Shown one piece after another: positions 59,101 to 64,000 of a stretch of DNA of 64,000 bases. Under the pieces are notes generated by a model. It worked only from the letters and a program-made list of their open reading frames with translations, was not told where the DNA came from and made no database searches. Where the stretch lies: NCBI RefSeq assembly GCF_009914755.1, contig NC_060932.1; one strand, given 5' to 3'. Made by a program: the position numbers and the translations under genes. The stretch's first letter is position 1. Each line of letters starts with the position of its first letter. The stretch is from the human T2T-CHM13v2.0 reference genome, Homo sapiens.

Positions 59101-61237
59101 TCTACAGAGAAGGGTTTTTTGTAAATGAATAATGGAGAAACAGAACTGGCGACTTGGAAGGATTCTAGGGCCTAACATTTATTGGAATGATATTATGGGA
59201 AACATTGCATTAAGTTCCCTTTAAAACCTGAAGATGAATCTGCTCTTGCAATGAATACCACTTTTTTCCTCTCTTTTTGGAGAAAACAAGAGCAATTAAT
59301 ATTCTCTGATGATGGGCTATTTTTCTAACATAAGTCACATTAAGATATATGTGCCATTGCTGAGAAGACAAATTATACACTTTGCAATAAGGGAAGATAA
59401 CAGGTAAAGCTTGCAACATGCCAATGAAAACCCTCTCTATTTCAGAAAAAATTTGTTCAGTTTAATTAGAGAATATAGTGAAATATGTATCTTAGTGTTC
59501 AAATAAGCTCAAAAGTTATGAATGGAGGTTTTGTGGCACACAATTTCTGCTCCATATGGGAAAATAAATAAATTAGAACATTTTACTTTTTGGAAGCCTT
59601 TGTGTGTTTGAATCCTTGGATTTGGGCTGAGAATTATAGGCGAACTCTTAAGTATTCACCCATTTTAAAAAGTAGGTTAGACCATGTGAGGATGCAGGAT
59701 TCTACCCATGTTTGAAATAATTTCCTCCTTGCCAAAGTAATAAAATAAATGCAGGAAATAGCTGAGTACTGCTTAACAGAACTATGCATATATAAAAGGA
59801 ACAGTAAAAGCCTTTTGACAGCTTCCTATATCTTTGCATCCCATAACTCACTCTTAATTGCATTTAAAATAATAAAAATGAAGCCTTATCCAGATAAAGA
59901 AGTCATGTCTACTTTTGCAAAGATTCTGTAGTTGGTGAATCTTATGTCAAGGGAGTGGGAGCGAGTTCTGTGGAATTGTATATATTCTTCTTTAATGTCT
60001 ATGGCGGTTTATATTCAGTAAAGTTCTACAGGTAGGTCCAGAATGACTCAGGAGGTTGTGAACAGCACATCACCTGTGCAGAATAAGCTCAAAGTGTCCT
60101 TCCAAGAAGTCAATCATTCATGAATACACTCCAAGGCAGCGTGTCCCCTGAGGTCTTCTCTTCCGTGTAGGACCTTGTCAATTCTGTCCATAAAAGATAA
60201 GCCAGATAAGAAGCTGACCTGTGGAGATGCAGAATATCTCCTTCATTTTCTTTCTGGATGAAATAAAGGGATAGTCATTTTGTGTCCAGAATAATTAAAG
60301 AGTTGTTGGAACCTCATGAGTCAGAGAACCTCCTTTAAGAAATGGTTCTTTGGGGTGAATAGGAGCTTTTACTTCTCCCTCATCACCTGCCCTCCAATTG
60401 AATTGGGAGCATTTGGGAAACTTCCTGATGTCCTGCTCCCTCTGAGGACCTTGTCCAATAGTATGTAGCCTCTTTTGCTAGACATCAAGATGAAAAATGG
60501 TAGTTGTTCTGCTATTGAAAAGCTAGTAAGTTCAAATATTTATGATAATCATTTGTAGTAAATATTGTAAGTATCCCTCCAGAGATGGACTAGAGACAAG
60601 AATCTAAGATTACGTGATGGAGAGAGAGACTAGCTTTCCAGAGAGAGAAAAATTAAGCAGAAATCATAGTAATTTATGCTCTATAAGAATGATAGTTCAC
60701 ATTGAGATTTCACATGTATTTTTTGATCCTTCTTACCAGTACTGGGTAAAGCAATCTAAGATTATTTTCTCAATTTTACAGCTATACCTCAGAGAAGTTA
60801 ACAGATTTCTATAAGGTCACACAGTCAATTGGAAGTGAAACTAGAAAAGAAAAGACATCTTCTGGTACCAAACCCTGTGATTTTCTACTACCAGTCAATA
60901 ACAGTGAAACAAGTGGAACACTGTTTTGTTGTTACTATTGCTGTTTTTGCTATCATGGAGAAAGACAAGTTATGTACTTCCTAACTAAATTAACACCACT
61001 TAGAGATAATTTGTATATTGCTTAAGTTCTTAAGTTTTGACATTAAAATTCCAGGATTTGAATTTCAGAGTCTATTACTTATTAGCTGTGAAAACCTGGA
61101 ACATTTAAAACAATTCACTAAGCCTCACTTGCCTTAGTTATAAAATAGGGATAGCCATGGTATCTACTTCGTAAGATCATTGTACATTAAACTAAATTTA
61201 AGAATGCATATAAGGCACAAAAGAGTCTTCAGTAGAA

Positions 61238-61800
61238 GGTGGCAGTGAAATGGTTGTGATGTTGATAGTAATAGTGCTGGCGAAGGTGATAATGGTGGTG
61301 GTAATGGTGATGGTTTTGGTAATGATGTTGAGGGTGGTAGTGATGGTTGTGATGGTGGTGATGTAAAGGTAGTGGTGACTGTGATGGTGGTAGTGGTGAT
61401 GGGATAGTGGTGGTGATGGTTGTGATGGTGGAGGTCTTGGTGATGTAATGGTAGTGGTGACTGTGATGGTGGTAGTGGTGATGGGATAGTGGTGGTGATG
61501 GTTGTGATGGTGGAGGTCTTGGTGATGTAATGCTAGTGGTGACTGTGATGGTGGTAGTGGTGATGGTGATAATGATGGGATAGTGGTGGTGATGGCTGTG
61601 ATGGTGGAGGTCTTGGTGATGTAATGGTAGTGGTGGCTGTGATGGTGGTAGTGGTGATGGTGATAATGATGGGATAGTGGTGGTGATGGTTGTGATGGTG
61701 GTGGTGATAGTGGTGATGGCAATGGTGGTGGTGGTGGTGATGGTGGTCATTATGGTGGTGGCAGTGATGGTGGTAGTGGTGTTAATGGTGGTAGTGCCAG
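61238..61800. repeat. (TGG/TGA)n low-complexity tract with 82-94-bp higher-order units
   Basis: Units begin at 61368, 61450, 61532 and 61626; the marker GGAGGTCTTGGTGATGTAAT occurs three times. Confidence 0.95.
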
Positions 61801-62547
61801 TAATAGCAGCAGAAGCAATAGAATTTCAAAGGTGTGAAAAGTAATATATTGAGGGAAAACGTGCCTAATTTTATGTTAAGTTTAGCAAGACTCTTATTGT
61901 TCCCCCTATTGCAAATTGTTCTTCTCTGTGAATCATGATCTGTAGACAAAAAGAACCTAAATTTATGAGGCCATAAAAACAAATTTTTCAGTTCTCATTG
62001 GACCATTCCACTCGTGATGGGCTATTGCTGTTAGTTTTGTGCTGAGCACTAGAGGGTGATGATAATTTCGTGTTTGTCCTTGTTTTTTTCTATCATAACA
62101 GCTCTTGGATAAATAATCAACCTGAGGATTTTATCAACTACTAAGTATGTCCATGATGATTTCTTTTGAGAACCATGAAAATTTCTACTGGGAGAGTTTG
62201 TAGCCCTAGTTGACTCACTGCAGTAGATTATATTGTTTACCAAATATCGCAGCTCTCTCCCTGTGATATATCTTCCTGCAAGGTGGTTTTTTTCTTCCCC
62301 ATTCTGTTGGTTTTATGATGGTCATAGGCTGTGCATCGAATAATTAAATGTGAGCAGAAGTGACGTGTGTCCTCATCTCTTTCTCCTTTCTGCCACAGAA
62401 GCAGCCATATTTCCCATAGAGATTTTCCCATCAGCCCTCTCCTGTTTTGAAGACTATATGAAACAGAGGTGAGGCTGAACTATGATATATAAGTAGCATG
62501 ACTCAAAAATAAATCTTGTTTATTCTGAAGTTGTTGGTACAATGTAA

Positions 62548-62976
<429 letters not shown>

Positions 62977-64000
62977 TAGGTGCTCAATGAAAATATTATT
63001 AAATGACAAGTGAAAGCAACATATCCATTTATTAATATTACCTTCGTTTGAAAATCCATAAGTATGTCTGCATTTTGAAAAATTACTAAGCTTTATCTTT
63101 TAATCTTTTACAAATAATGGTAAATAACACAGATTTTATATGGCCAACATTTAATACATGCATGTTGATTTTCTAAAGACATCCATTTCTTCACCTTCCT
63201 GTCTCTCATAGCATCTGTTAATGTATCCCAATAGACTTGAAATTTCTCAAGAAAAGGAATCATTTTGTTTGCTTATTTATTTCCCTGAAATCTAGTTTAT
63301 TCCTGCCACATTTGCCACACATGTACACATTTAATATATACTTGTTAAATGACTGACAAAATGAGTGGTTACAAAGAAATATACTTCCCATGGGTATATT
63401 TCAGGCTGACAATCATGAAGTTATCCAGACATAGGCGGGCATTTTTATTTCAGATAGTACCCTTTTGTCCACCCTAACCAAGCTAACCAACGATCATCTA
63501 TTTATTTCATAGTGTCAGTTGTGTTCATAATATTGAGTATTGATTGACTGTGGTTTTATTAATAAAGTGTACCATGTAGAATATAGAAGAATAAGATAAT
63601 TTTGGCTGGAAAAATGTTGTTCTTGCTTGTTGATGTTGTTGTATGTGTATGTATGTCTCTTTCTACTTAATCGATAAACATTGCCCAAAATGGGAAACTG
63701 CAATTGGTGTAATTTTGATGATTAATCTCTGCTAAATTTAATTATATGAAATGCCAGTTATGAGTGAATTTACTCACATTTATAAAACTTGTGGGGTCCA
63801 TATGGGTGAACAGATTGCTTTATTCACAGGTTGTCCCATGTGGGGGGTATAGCCAGAGATAAATATCCCTACCTTTCTGTCCTTGATGTCAGCAAGAATC
63901 AGCTTGCAGCAGTCAGTGCTTGTGGTAATTTGGAGCTAGCCATATGAACATCAATTACTAAGACGTACCTGGCCTGGACAAGGAATTGCTTCTAACCTGC

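Noticed and set aside
61198-61750. His/Thr/Pro-rich mucin-like ORFs
   Set aside because: Stop-free only because of (CCA/TCA)n composition; unit lengths are not multiples of 3; no exon context.

Overview
Great-ape (most likely human) non-coding euchromatin, intronic or intergenic. I found no supportable cellular protein-coding exon, tRNA or rRNA; nearly all listed ORFs are chance or repeat-derived. The window is a layered record of transposons: one full-length, TSD-flanked but inactivated L1PA2-like LINE-1 on the minus strand (38324-44363), several truncated L1s (one 5'-inverted, one with atypical junctions), 11 Alus, solo LTRs (THE1 x4, LTR1, MLT1, MLT2), DNA transposon relics (MADE1, MER20, MER58), many MIR/L2 relics, microsatellites and a (TGG)n-derived higher-order minisatellite. 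The most unexpected signal is three local, non-tandem copies of nearby sequence, apparently of different ages: a ~205-bp direct copy 5.3 kb from its source, a perfect 30-bp inverted copy bracketed by an 8-bp direct repeat, and a ~155-bp copy carrying a splice acceptor downstream of the L1 antisense promoter. I cannot claim a new biological system from sequence alone. Subfamily names come from recalled consensus motifs, not a database search, and boundaries of old repeats are approximate.
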